In this document: one piece after another, positions 1 through 9,277 of the stretch
Layout of the letters: every line of letters starts with the position of its first letter
Numbering within the stretch: position 1 is the stretch's first letter
Assembly: GCA_051881875.1 (NCBI GenBank)
Contig: JBJEQS010000128.1
Span: 1-47,670 of the forward strand
From: Oscillospiraceae bacterium
Lineage (GTDB): Bacteria; Bacillota; Clostridia; Oscillospirales; Ruminococcaceae
Length of the DNA stretch: 47,670 nucleotides
Direction: 5' to 3'
Program-made: the position numbers and the translations under genes
Notes under the pieces: generated by a model
What the model was told of the DNA's origin: nothing
Databases searched by the model: none
What the model saw: the letters and a program-made list of their open reading frames with translations, nothing else

Positions 1-111
1 AAGTTTTTTGGCAACCTTTTTATAAAAAAAGGTTGGGCGGCTGAAAGCCGCCTGACGAAATTCCCAGTAAACCACAACGGGCGACCAGTGGTCGCCACTA
101 CAAAAATAATC
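1..111 (+). repeat. Intergenic hairpin-mosaic repeat, copy A (the window starts inside it)
   Basis: Positions 1-34 (AAGTTTTTTG followed by an AACCTTTTT/AAAAAGGTT hairpin) parallel 23490-23526. Positions 36-52 form a GGCGGC-TGAAA-GCCGCC hairpin. Positions 54-111 are about 85% identical by eye to 24893-24953 and match a deleted copy at 23556-23596 (shared ATTCCCAGTAAACCA...GGCGACC...GGTCGCC...TACAAAAATAA). Confidence 0.75.
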
Positions 112-125
112 ATCGAACTTACATA

Positions 126-163
126 AAATAAAAAACGGACAGTTTTTATAATCTGTCCGTTTT
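126..163 (-). terminator. Intrinsic terminator downstream of bioY
   Basis: AAAACGGACAG (132-142) pairs with CTGTCCGTTTT (153-163). Read on the minus strand, the hairpin is followed by a T-run. It lies 24 nt past the bioY stop codon. Confidence 0.75.
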
Positions 164-186
164 GATTTTTTCAGATAAATAGCCGC

Positions 187-738
187 TTATTTATTTAATA
201 CAGGAATTCTCTTTTTTACTTCAACTCCAAGTACATATGCTATTACAACGGATATAACGTCCTTTAAAAGATATGGTACGGATACGACAAGCAATGACTG
301 TACAAATGATTTATCTGTAAGTATTGTAAACTGTATTACTCCGAAAAGATGGTCAACGATAAGTCCTGCTATACCAAGAGCTATTGTGATAATTCTGTTA
401 TCTGATTCAGAGCCTATTCCGCATAATAAAGCCATAAATATGAAGCCTATGATAAATCCGCCTGTAACTCCGGTTATTGCAGCTATGCCTCCTTTGAAAT
501 TGGCAAATACGGGCATTCCGACTGCTCCGACCAGAACATATATAAATGCTGACATAAATGCATTTCTTTTTCCAAGAAAATATCCTGTCAATGCTATTGC
601 AAAGGTTTGCAGAGTTACCGGAACTCCTGACGGCATCGGTATCGCTATCTGTGAGAGTACAGCGATTACTGCTGCAAAAAGTCCTGTCATTACAATATCC
701 ATTGTGGAATATTTTTTGTTTTCATTATGATTCTTCAT
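187..738 (-). CDS. bioY: Biotin transporter S-component BioY
   Basis: ORF 187..807 trimmed to the ATG at 736-738, which has GGAGG 11 nt upstream. The product is a multi-pass hydrophobic protein with a BioY-like pattern (QIAIPMPSGVPVTLQTFAIALTGYFLG ... VGAVGMPVFA ... GGFIIGF). Confidence 0.8.
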   Translation of the reverse strand: MKNHNENKKYSTMDIVMTGLFAAVIAVLSQIAIPMPSGVPVTLQTFAIALTGYFLGKRNAFMSAFIYVLVGAVGMPVFANFKGGIAAITGVTGGFIIGFIFMALLCGIGSESDNRIITIALGIAGLIVDHLFGVIQFTILTDKSFVQSLLVVSVPYLLKDVISVVIAYVLGVEVKKRIPVLNK

Positions 739-800
739 AATATGAAAATCCTCCTTTAAATAAAAAATTACCGTCATTATTATATCATATATACGGAGCA

Positions 801-833
801 TTGTCAACCATTTATTTATAATACGGGTGACAT
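801..833. promoter_or_regulatory. Candidate BirA operator (bioO-like inverted repeat) upstream of bioY
   Basis: TTGTCAACC-N15-GGGTGACAT is an imperfect inverted repeat (7 of 9 positions). It resembles the TTGTAAACC half-sites of the E. coli bio operator and lies 63-95 nt upstream of the bioY start. Confidence 0.45.
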
Positions 834-985
834 TAATATGCTGTATGAACCAGATTATGTATTTTTATATGACAATTTGCTCAGATAGTCTAATTAATCT
901 GCTTTTATTATGTATGATTGTGCAATACATACAATATAAATAAATTAAATCATATTATTTGTAAAAGCTATTTTGTAAATATATC

Positions 986-1014
986 TTGATTTTTCATGTA
1001 ATTTGGTTTATAAT
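986..1014 (+). promoter_or_regulatory. Sigma-A-type promoter of the large flagellar operon
   Basis: TTGATT (986-991), a 17-nt spacer, then TATAAT (1009-1014), about 85 nt upstream of the flgB ATG. No other strong -35/-10 pair stood out in 808-1098. Confidence 0.55.
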
Positions 1015-1098
1015 TATAATATTGGTAAGTAATGCTGAGGTATAGGAATTATTTGGCATATTTATATAGAATCATTTGTTTAAAAGGTGGTGTGTCTG

Positions 1099-1497
1099 AT
1101 GTTTTTTGATTCAATTCAGTTCAAAGCTATGGAAAGCGGCCTTGCAGCTCTCAACATGAAACAGGAAGTTATTACTCATAATATTGCAAACCTCGATACT
1201 CCTGACTATAAAGCGTATGAAGTAAGTTTTGGAAATACTCTTGAACGTGCTTATGAGGCTGCTCAAAGAAAAGATGACGATGAAAAAACAAAAGATGATA
1301 AAATTGATTATGATTTCAAGGCAACTGTAACAAGAACCGGTGATATTTCAGTTCTGGTCGATGGAAACAATGTTGATATTGATGAACAGTCGCTTGAACT
1401 TTACAGTGCATATCTTCAGTCAGCTGCTATAATTCAGAAAATGAATTCAAAAATTTCTGATATAAGATATGTGCTTACTCAGACAAACTTTAAGTAA
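1099..1497 (+). CDS. flgB: Flagellar basal-body rod protein FlgB
   Basis: The ATG at 1099 is 8 nt after AAAGGTGG. The N-terminus has the rod-protein motif (ITHNIANLDTPDYKA). It is the first gene of the canonical flgB-flgC-fliE order. Confidence 0.9.
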   Translation: MFFDSIQFKAMESGLAALNMKQEVITHNIANLDTPDYKAYEVSFGNTLERAYEAAQRKDDDEKTKDDKIDYDFKATVTRTGDISVLVDGNNVDIDEQSLELYSAYLQSAAIIQKMNSKISDIRYVLTQTNFK

Positions 1498-1510
1498 GGG
1501 AGTGGTTTAA

Positions 1511-1933
1511 ATGTCTTTTTTAAATTCGCTGAATACTGTAGGCTCGGCACTTACTGCTGAACGTTTCAGAACAAATATAATTCTCCAGAATATCGCCAAT
1601 CAGAATACTACCCGTACCGCAAGCGGTGAACCATACAGAAGAAAACAGATTATTTTCCATGAAGTACCGCAGAGCTTCGATGAAACTCTTAATAATGTAT
1701 ACGGCGGCGGAGTAAAAGTTACTAACGTTGTGGAAAGTCAGGAGGATTTCAGACCTGTATATGACCCTGAACATCCTGACGCTGATGAAGATGGTTATGT
1801 TCTTTACCCGAATGTAAACAATACTGAAGAACAGATTGACCTTATGGAAGCTTCAAGAGTATATGAGGCAAATGTAACGGCTCTCGCTGTTGTAAAGGCT
1901 ATGGCTGCCAAAACTCTTGAAATAGGAAAGTAA
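1511..1933 (+). CDS. flgC: Flagellar basal-body rod protein FlgC
   Basis: N-terminal SALTAERFRTNIILQNIANQNTTRT and C-terminal NNTEEQIDLMEASRVYEANV are typical of FlgC. Confidence 0.93.
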   Translation: MSFLNSLNTVGSALTAERFRTNIILQNIANQNTTRTASGEPYRRKQIIFHEVPQSFDETLNNVYGGGVKVTNVVESQEDFRPVYDPEHPDADEDGYVLYPNVNNTEEQIDLMEASRVYEANVTALAVVKAMAAKTLEIGK

Positions 1934-1962
1934 TAAATATATTCTGAAAGGATTTGATAGCA

Positions 1963-2295
1963 ATGTTTATTGTTCCGCTGACTCCTATGGCTACTCAGCT
2001 TGACAATATTTCCAGTGCTTCCAGAAATATTCAGGCAGAAAGTGCAGATACTTCTGATTCTGTTAAGTCAGAAGTAAAATCCTTTGCCGAATATCTGAAA
2101 GAATCAATAAATAATGTAAAGAATCTTGAAGCTGCTTCGGATAAAAGTGCTTATGACCTTGCACTCGGCAAAACAGACAATCTTGAACAGGTAATGCTCC
2201 TCTCAGCCAAGGCATCTACTGCTGTTGAGGCTACTGTTCAGATTACAACCCGTGCCGTTAATGCATATAAGGAAATAATACAGATGCAGATATAA
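1963..2295 (+). CDS. fliE: Flagellar hook-basal body complex protein FliE
   Basis: About 110 aa. The C-terminal helix (AKASTAVEATVQITTRAVNAYKEIIQMQI) is FliE-like, and the gene sits between flgC and fliF. The start is taken at the ATG at 1963 after GAAAGGA; the TTG at 1954 is also possible. Confidence 0.85.
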   Translation: MFIVPLTPMATQLDNISSASRNIQAESADTSDSVKSEVKSFAEYLKESINNVKNLEAASDKSAYDLALGKTDNLEQVMLLSAKASTAVEATVQITTRAVNAYKEIIQMQI

Positions 2296-2320
2296 ATTTT
2301 ATTAGATAGTTGAGTGAAGT

Positions 2321-3925
2321 ATGAAAGAAAAATTTTTGAAGTTTTTGGATAAAGTTAAAAACTCATGGCAAAAGCTTAAAAAAAATACAAAGATAATTAT
2401 TATATCCGCTGCATCCGTACTGCTTGTCGGTGCTGTCATACTGACTGTTATGCTCAATGCATCATCTAAAAATGATTACATAGTTCTTTTTCCGGATATG
2501 ACATCTTCCGAAGCAACAGAAGTTTATCTTGAACTTCAGAACATGGGCGTTGACACAAAGATAAATCAGAACGGCGAAATTGAAGTTCCGGCGGAACAAT
2601 GGGACGAGCTTGTTTATAAACTCGCACAGCTTGGTTATCCGCAGTCTGTACCTTCATACGGTACTTTTTTCGATAACCTGAGCATGACCATGACGGAATT
2701 TGAAAAAAAACAGACGCTCCGTTTTGAACTTCAGGACAGACTTCAGACAACTATTTCCAGAATAGATGGCGTGAAAGGCGTAATAGTCAATATAAGCGTT
2801 CCTGACGAAAACAGCTATGCATGGTCGGATGATGAGGAAAAAGCTACTGCTACAGTAACCCTTACACTTACTGACCCGGTTTCATTTACTGCTGATAAGG
2901 TTTCAGCGATAAAAAACTTAGTTGCATACAGTGCACAGCAGATGCAGCCGGAAGATGTAAAAGTAATAAATGCAAATTCAGGACTTGAATTGTTAAGTGC
3001 TGAAGAACTTGATGATACTCAGGAAGATTTTCAGAGCGATGAAAGAGTATATTATGAAAATATAATAAAATCACAGCTCGAAAAAAGTGCGGAAAAAATC
3101 CTTGAAGCCGTATATGGCGAAGGTGTTGTTGCCGTTGCCAATGTTACTGTCGATTATGATAAGATTTCTCAGGAAATCAAGGAACTTATCACTAATGAAG
3201 ACGGTATGGGAGTAAAGGATAATGAACACGTTGAATATGATACAAACAATACCGTTGACCAGGGCGGTATAGTCGGCGAAGAAGATAATACAGATATTCC
3301 TAACTATGGAAATCTTGAAGATGAACTCTCAACCGATAATTCAAATCATTATGAGCGTGATACGGAATGGGCGATAGGTTACATACTTACTCAGAAAGAA
3401 CAGGCAAGAGGTATTCTTACAGATGCTTCAATTGCAGTTGTTGTAACTACTCAGAATGTTCTTTCCGATAAGGAAAAAGATGCTCTTGTTGCTCTTGTTA
3501 AAAATGCTACCAATATCGAGGAAGGCAAAATTTCCGTTTACAGCAATCAGGATATAATCATTGATGACAATGGCGGAGATGAAGAGGAAAATCCTGTACC
3601 GGCAACACTTCAGGATATGCTCAGACCATTCATCATTATTATCACACTTATCGTTCTTGCTGCTCTCCTGATTATCGCTCTTGTTGTATATCTGATAACA
3701 AAGAATGCGAGAAGAAAAATGGAAGAAGAAAGAGAAACAAGTCAGAATGCTATACGCACTCTGCAGAATACAATTGAAGAAACAAGGAAACAGAGTCTTA
3801 TCGAGGCTGCTCAGCAGCATAGCGAAGAAGAACAGAGTACCGCTAATGAGGTTAAGGAATTCGTAAGAAAGAATCCGGAAGTTACTGCCGCCATCATTCG
3901 TGCAATGCTCAAGGAGGACGAATAA
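2321..3925 (+). CDS. fliF: Flagellar MS-ring protein FliF
   Basis: 534 aa with an N-terminal transmembrane segment, a periplasmic-type ring region, a second transmembrane segment (IIIITLIVLAALLIIALVVYLI) and a charged C-terminal tail. Its position precedes fliG. Confidence 0.93.
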   Translation: MKEKFLKFLDKVKNSWQKLKKNTKIIIISAASVLLVGAVILTVMLNASSKNDYIVLFPDMTSSEATEVYLELQNMGVDTKINQNGEIEVPAEQWDELVYKLAQLGYPQSVPSYGTFFDNLSMTMTEFEKKQTLRFELQDRLQTTISRIDGVKGVIVNISVPDENSYAWSDDEEKATATVTLTLTDPVSFTADKVSAIKNLVAYSAQQMQPEDVKVINANSGLELLSAEELDDTQEDFQSDERVYYENIIKSQLEKSAEKILEAVYGEGVVAVANVTVDYDKISQEIKELITNEDGMGVKDNEHVEYDTNNTVDQGGIVGEEDNTDIPNYGNLEDELSTDNSNHYERDTEWAIGYILTQKEQARGILTDASIAVVVTTQNVLSDKEKDALVALVKNATNIEEGKISVYSNQDIIIDDNGGDEEENPVPATLQDMLRPFIIIITLIVLAALLIIALVVYLITKNARRKMEEERETSQNAIRTLQNTIEETRKQSLIEAAQQHSEEEQSTANEVKEFVRKNPEVTAAIIRAMLKEDE

Positions 3926-3927
3926 TA

Positions 3928-4947
3928 ATGGCTTCTTCATCAAAAGCATCGGTAAACAATTCGCTTAAAAAAGTTGCAACCATAATGATTGCTCTTGGCA
4001 GCGAAAGTGCCTCCGAAATATATAAATTCCTGCGTGATGATGAAATAGAAGAAATTTCCTGTGAGATATCTAAGATTGACAGAATATCCGCAGAAGAAGT
4101 AAAAAAAATTGTTGATGAATTCTATGATTTGTGCGTCGCCCAGAAGGTTGTTACCGAAGGTGGTCAGAAATATGCTCAGGATATTCTGGAAAAGGCTTTC
4201 GGGGCTCAGCGTTCCGCTATGCTTATCGACCGTATTGCAAAATCCGGTCAGAAACGTTCATTTGAGTTTATCAGAAAAGTTGATAATAAAAATCTCCTGA
4301 TGATGATTCAGAATGAACATCCGCAGACTATAGCGATTATTCTCTCTTATGCAAAAGCTGAACAGGCTTCTTTCATAATATCCGAACTTCCGCAGAATGT
4401 TCAGGTCGATGTAATCAAGAGAATTTCAAACCTTGACCGAGCATCTCCGGAGGTAATCGCAATAGTTGAAGAAGTCCTCGAAAAACGTCTTGCATCTATT
4501 AATTCTGTTGACCTTATGGAATTCGGCGGCGTAAACTATATTGCTGAAATAATGAACAGAGTAGACAGAAAAACTGAAAAATATATCCTCCAGGAACTCA
4601 AGGAAGATTCGCCTGAACTCGCTGATGAAATCAAAAAACTCATGTTCGTTTTCGACGATATTATTTACCTCGACAACCTCGAAATACAGAGCTTTATCAG
4701 GGAAGTCGATACCAAAGACCTTACTATTGCTCTCAAAGCCGCAAACGAGGAAGTTGCAAATGCTATATTCGCCAATATGTCCCAGCGTCAGCAGGAAACT
4801 ATCCGTACGGATATGCAGTATCTGCATAATCTGCGTATGCGTGATGTCGAAGAAGCTCAGCAGCGTATTGTTGCTGTTATCAGACAGCTTGAGGAAGCAG
4901 GCGAGATTATTATTTCAAAAGGCGGAAAGGATGAGATAATTGCCTAA
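3928..4947 (+). CDS. fliG: Flagellar motor switch protein FliG
   Basis: 339 aa. Has the FliG pattern (VATIMIALGSESASEIYKFL ... MFVFDDIIYLDN ... RMRDVEEAQQRIV). Confidence 0.95.
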   Translation: MASSSKASVNNSLKKVATIMIALGSESASEIYKFLRDDEIEEISCEISKIDRISAEEVKKIVDEFYDLCVAQKVVTEGGQKYAQDILEKAFGAQRSAMLIDRIAKSGQKRSFEFIRKVDNKNLLMMIQNEHPQTIAIILSYAKAEQASFIISELPQNVQVDVIKRISNLDRASPEVIAIVEEVLEKRLASINSVDLMEFGGVNYIAEIMNRVDRKTEKYILQELKEDSPELADEIKKLMFVFDDIIYLDNLEIQSFIREVDTKDLTIALKAANEEVANAIFANMSQRQQETIRTDMQYLHNLRMRDVEEAQQRIVAVIRQLEEAGEIIISKGGKDEIIA

Positions 4948-5761
4948 AATCTTTAAACCGCAGAATGTGGTTTCAATTGATGAACCGGCTGTGATTCCGG
5001 ACTATATTCCGCCGGCTCCGCCTGTGGTGGAACTTCCGGATATTGATAACATTAATATTGAAGATGAAAATATAAGAAAACAGTATGAGCTTATCATGGA
5101 AAGAGCAAGACTGAAAGCCGAAAATATGGCAGAGTCAATCATTGAGCAGGCTGAAACAGAAAAACAGAATATTATCAGTATTTCTGAATCCAAAGCTGAT
5201 TCAATAGTTGAAGCGGCAAATGAAAAATCAAAGGAAATTATTCAGAATGCCATTCAGCAGGCTGAAAAAATCAGGACTGACGCTTATAATGAAGCGGCTC
5301 AGAAAGCTATTGACGAGAAAAATGCCGAAGTCAACAGTATTATCAGTGAATTCAGAAGTGTTCTTGAAGATATGAAAGCCGCACAGCTTGATTACTTTGA
5401 ACGCTATGCGGTTGAAATGAAAATGCTGGCTCTTGACATATCAGAAAAAGTTATCATGCATAAGGTCGAGGAAGATGACCTGCTCATGCTTGACCTTATT
5501 GCAAAAAATATAAAATCCATACGAGATGCAGACTGGATTACAATTGAAATATCAAATAAGCTTCCACAGCTCGCTGAAGCTATTGAACGGGCAATGGAAT
5601 CTGTAGGTATGAGTGATAAGACTGAAATCCAGCAGATTGCATCAAAGGATAAATCCTCCTGTATTCTCAGGGCAACAGACAGAATTGTGGATATATCCCT
5701 TAAAACCCAGCTGAATAATATCCGTTCATATTTTGAAAAGTGTGATGAAACAGATGATTAA
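4940..5761 (+). CDS. fliH: Flagellar export apparatus protein FliH
   Basis: TTG start after AAAGGA, overlapping the fliG stop by 8 nt. The protein has a long charged coiled coil followed by a globular C-terminus, and sits between fliG and fliI. Confidence 0.8.
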   Translation: MPKIFKPQNVVSIDEPAVIPDYIPPAPPVVELPDIDNINIEDENIRKQYELIMERARLKAENMAESIIEQAETEKQNIISISESKADSIVEAANEKSKEIIQNAIQQAEKIRTDAYNEAAQKAIDEKNAEVNSIISEFRSVLEDMKAAQLDYFERYAVEMKMLALDISEKVIMHKVEEDDLLMLDLIAKNIKSIRDADWITIEISNKLPQLAEAIERAMESVGMSDKTEIQQIASKDKSSCILRATDRIVDISLKTQLNNIRSYFEKCDETDD

Positions 5762-7076
5762 CAGAGTTGAATTTGATAATTCCAGAATACGTCAGGGACT
5801 TAAATTCAATGACTTTAATACCTGTCTTGGAAAAATAGACCAGATTGTCGGAATGACGGTTGAAGCTTCAGGTCTTTCATGCAATATCGGCGATGTATGC
5901 AATATATCCATTGACCATGGTGAAAAGACTGTTCCGGCAGAAGTAGTAGGATTTAAGAATAACAAGGTTCTGCTTATGCCTTACTACGATATTGATGGTA
6001 TCGGTTCAAACAGTTATGTCAGCAATACGGGTGAAAAATTAAAGGTAAAAATGAGTGATGACCTTATCGGCAGAACAGTCGACCCTCTGGGAAATCCTAT
6101 GGACGGCAAGGGCGAGATTGTCGGGAATCGCTATTATCCCATAAATGGTGAACCATCAAACCCTATGCAGCGTCCGCCTATAGAGGAATCTCTTGAATTC
6201 GGTGTAAAAGCCATTGATGGTATGCTTACTATCGGCAAGGGACAGAGAATGGGAATATTCGCAGGAAGCGGCGTCGGAAAAAGTACGCTTATGGGTATGA
6301 TTGCAAGAAATATCAGTGCTGAAGTAAATGTAATTGCTCTTATAGGTGAACGTGGCAGAGAAGTTCTTGAATTCATTAATCGTGACCTCGGTCCTGAGGG
6401 CATGAAACGTTCAGTGCTTGTTATTGCAACATCAGACCAGTCTGCTATGATGCGTTCAAAATGTGCTCTGACTGCCACAGCCATTGCAGAATATTTCAAA
6501 GACCAGGGAAAAGATGTACTCATTATGATGGACTCTCTTACACGTTACTGTATGGCACAGAGAGAAATCGGTCTTAGCATCGGTGAGCCGCCTGTTGCAA
6601 GAGGATATACTCCGTCAATATATGCTGCATTGCCTAAGCTGCTCGAAAGAAGCGGTAATTTTGAAAATGGCTCTATAACAGGTATATTTACTGTACTTGT
6701 TGAGGGCGATGATTCAAATGAACCTATTTCGGATACGGTAAGAGGTATTATTGACGGACATATAATGCTTTCCAGAAAGGTTGCCATGAAAAATCATTAT
6801 CCGGCAATTGATGTTCTTGCAAGCATAAGCCGTCTTATGTCAACAATTGCTTCTCCGGAGCATAAGGAAATAGCGGGAAAGATACGACATACAATGTCGC
6901 TTTATCAGGAAAATCAGGACCTTATTTCAATCGGTGCTTATAAAAGAGGTACTAATCCTGAACTCGATGAGGCTATCGCAAAAATGCCGCTTATAAATGA
7001 ATTTTTGCAGCAGGCAGTCGATACTCGTTTTACCCGTGAGGAAACTTTAGAAATTATGAAGAAGATTTATGAATAA
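5745..7076 (+). CDS. fliI: Flagellum-specific ATPase FliI
   Basis: Walker A motif GSGVGKST and Walker B motif VLIMMDSLTR, with F1/T3SS-ATPase-like sequence throughout. The start is ambiguous: TTG 5733, ATG 5745, or ATG 5754 overlapping the fliH stop. Confidence 0.95.
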   Translation: MKQMINRVEFDNSRIRQGLKFNDFNTCLGKIDQIVGMTVEASGLSCNIGDVCNISIDHGEKTVPAEVVGFKNNKVLLMPYYDIDGIGSNSYVSNTGEKLKVKMSDDLIGRTVDPLGNPMDGKGEIVGNRYYPINGEPSNPMQRPPIEESLEFGVKAIDGMLTIGKGQRMGIFAGSGVGKSTLMGMIARNISAEVNVIALIGERGREVLEFINRDLGPEGMKRSVLVIATSDQSAMMRSKCALTATAIAEYFKDQGKDVLIMMDSLTRYCMAQREIGLSIGEPPVARGYTPSIYAALPKLLERSGNFENGSITGIFTVLVEGDDSNEPISDTVRGIIDGHIMLSRKVAMKNHYPAIDVLASISRLMSTIASPEHKEIAGKIRHTMSLYQENQDLISIGAYKRGTNPELDEAIAKMPLINEFLQQAVDTRFTREETLEIMKKIYE

Positions 7077-7105
7077 TCATTCTTTTAAGGAAGGAAAATC
7101 AGTTT

Positions 7106-7552
7106 ATGAAGAATTATGTATTCTCACTGGAAAAAATCAGAGAATATAAGAAACAGATTCTTAATAAGGAAAAAAATACTCTTTTAGGTCTGAAAATTGA
7201 AAAAAGCGGTCTTGAACAGCAGAAAGAACGTCTGTTCGATGACCTTAAAACAATAACTGACAATCATAATGCTGATATGGCAAGAGGTGCAAGCGTTATG
7301 CAGCTGAAGCTTTTTCAATTCAGCAGAGAGAGTATTGCAAGAGAGCAATCAGAAATAGATAAGCAGATGCTTTTCCTTGATACATATATTGAACGTCAGA
7401 GAAAGGTTGTTATGAAGCTTTCTCAGGAACTGACAAGTTTTGATAAGCTTGAGGAAAAACAGTACAGCGAATATCTCCGCAAAAATGCCAAGGAGGCTGA
7501 AACGCTTATCGAAGAATTCGTATCATTCAAATCAGCAAGCGAAGGAGTATGA
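7106..7552 (+). CDS. fliJ: Flagellar export chaperone-like protein FliJ
   Basis: 148-aa coiled-coil protein (FSLEKIREYKKQILNKEKNTL...) immediately downstream of fliI. Confidence 0.8.
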   Translation: MKNYVFSLEKIREYKKQILNKEKNTLLGLKIEKSGLEQQKERLFDDLKTITDNHNADMARGASVMQLKLFQFSRESIAREQSEIDKQMLFLDTYIERQRKVVMKLSQELTSFDKLEEKQYSEYLRKNAKEAETLIEEFVSFKSASEGV

Positions 7553-7591
7553 TAACTTAATTATATAGTTCCCTGAAAGGTGGTGATATAG

Positions 7592-9259
7592 ATGATAAAT
7601 GCAGCAGTAAGTGAAAGTATTCCTGTTGTAAATCAGAACAGAACATCATGTTTGAAGAATGATGATGGCTTGCTTTGTGATGATTTTATGAGTAATATTC
7701 TTAAAGCGGCAAAGGAAATCGGTATAGGTGAAGAAAGTATGCCAATGGACAGTGAAAAAACTTGTTCAGAGCAGAACGATGATAATACTGAAAATCCTGA
7801 TGTGCTTATAATGTGTATGCAGATGAACAGTCTGAATGTGCCTGATATGCAGATACCTGAAAACAGCTTTGATATTGATATGCTGTCTGATGGTGAGAGC
7901 AGTTCATCGGATATAGATATTGCAGATGCTGAAAAAATCACAGCATTTTCAATGCAGAATGATGATTTATTGTATAAAAACACAAATTTATCCGATTTTA
8001 CAGTTGAAAATATGGACTCTCAGCCGATTATTCAGATGTACGATAATTTTTCTGATATTCAGGAAAATGTTCAGGATTATGATAACAGTGCTGATATTCA
8101 GACAGAAGTACAGGATATTGTATCTGTGAATGAAGACATTGTACTGCCGGAGATAACCGGTACTCAGAATACAGTTGATGAAAAAGTATACAATGATATA
8201 CAGAATACTGTAACGGATAATGTTCAGACTGACAGGAATGTTCCCGAAATGAATATGCAGACTGCGGCAGATGCTGTTCAGAATAATGAGAAAATTGCTG
8301 AAAATACAGAAAAACATGAGGTTCAGACAGTTGATTATTCGGACAAAATTCCGCAGGATAATGTACTTTCATATGTTCAGGCTGAAGTGGCAGGCAATTT
8401 CTCATATACTGAAAATGTCAAAGATGTTTCAGCTGTATCAGATAACAGAAAAACTGAAAATTCAGCTGTGAAATTAAGCGATGCTGATAATACGGGGACT
8501 GATAAAAACATTCCGAAAATCAGTGTGCAGTTCAGTAAGTCGGGAAACAATGCAGAGGCTGGATTGTCGCAGGATAAAAGCAGCTCATTCGGCGAAAACA
8601 GTCAGAAAAGTGAGTCATTCAGCGATGCTCTTATAAGAGAACACAGAATTCAGTCCGATTTTCGCAGGAATATTGATGCGGTAAAAGAGATAATCCGAAA
8701 TATTGATGCAAATTCATCAGGCGAAAAATCAGCGGCTCAGCTCACAGAACTTTCAGCCGGAAATCTTGATATTGCCGGTATGCAGACATTATTCATTCCG
8801 CACAATGATTTACAGATAATGGCTGATATTCAGAACAATGAGTTTGATGAAACCTCGGAAATAGTCAATCAGACTTTCAATGGAATTGTTTCAAAGATAA
8901 ATGGCAATGGCGAACAGTTTACCATAAAACTTAATCCTGATGGACTGGGAGAGATTACTGTAACCATCATTAAGCATGATAATTCGAGTATTCTTACTCT
9001 TTCAGCCTCGGAAACAAAAACTGCTGAAATACTTAACAGCAATATGAAAGTTCTTCAGGAAAATCTGAAATATCTTAACATTGAGATTGCTGATGTACAG
9101 GTTTCTGAAACTGAACAGTCAGAAAATTATCAGAGTTATAACCATGGTTTTGAACAGAACAGTTCAAAATATAAGAAAAATGATGGAAAACATCATAACG
9201 ATGATGATGATATTGAAGAAAATGATTATTCAGTGGAAGATGTTCTGTATTCTGATTAA
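7592..9259 (+). CDS. fliK: Hook-length control protein FliK
   Basis: 555 aa. It has a long acidic, low-complexity N-terminal and central region. The C-terminal Flg_hook-like segment is FTIKLNPDGLGEITVTIIKHDNSSILTLSASETKTAEILNSNMKVLQENL. Confidence 0.85.
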   Translation: MINAAVSESIPVVNQNRTSCLKNDDGLLCDDFMSNILKAAKEIGIGEESMPMDSEKTCSEQNDDNTENPDVLIMCMQMNSLNVPDMQIPENSFDIDMLSDGESSSSDIDIADAEKITAFSMQNDDLLYKNTNLSDFTVENMDSQPIIQMYDNFSDIQENVQDYDNSADIQTEVQDIVSVNEDIVLPEITGTQNTVDEKVYNDIQNTVTDNVQTDRNVPEMNMQTAADAVQNNEKIAENTEKHEVQTVDYSDKIPQDNVLSYVQAEVAGNFSYTENVKDVSAVSDNRKTENSAVKLSDADNTGTDKNIPKISVQFSKSGNNAEAGLSQDKSSSFGENSQKSESFSDALIREHRIQSDFRRNIDAVKEIIRNIDANSSGEKSAAQLTELSAGNLDIAGMQTLFIPHNDLQIMADIQNNEFDETSEIVNQTFNGIVSKINGNGEQFTIKLNPDGLGEITVTIIKHDNSSILTLSASETKTAEILNSNMKVLQENLKYLNIEIADVQVSETEQSENYQSYNHGFEQNSSKYKKNDGKHHNDDDDIEENDYSVEDVLYSD

Positions 9260-9277
9260 TCAAAAAGGAGGATTATT

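Noticed and set aside
386-740. Plus-strand ORFs 386..730 and 558..740
   Set aside because: They are entirely antisense to the well-supported bioY gene. They have no RBS, and their composition (Pro/Ile/Ala runs mirroring the hydrophobic codons of bioY) is typical of shadow ORFs.
808-1098. c-di-GMP riboswitch or invertible flagellar switch upstream of flgB (as in C. difficile)
   Set aside because: The leader is about 80 nt and very AT-rich, with none of the GC-rich conserved GEMM helices. I also saw no pair of long inverted repeats flanking the promoter that could mark a recombinase-driven switch, and no recombinase gene is nearby.
3428-3949. 173-aa minus-strand ORF overlapping the fliF 3' end and the fliG start
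   Set aside because: It is antisense to two confidently identified flagellar genes. It is Phe/Leu/Ser/Cys-rich and has no SD. It is a shadow ORF.
7633-8405. Several 109-125-aa ORFs on both strands inside fliK
   Set aside because: They arise from the low-complexity, AT-rich Asp/Asn/Gln-coding region of fliK. There are no RBSs, and the peptides look implausible.
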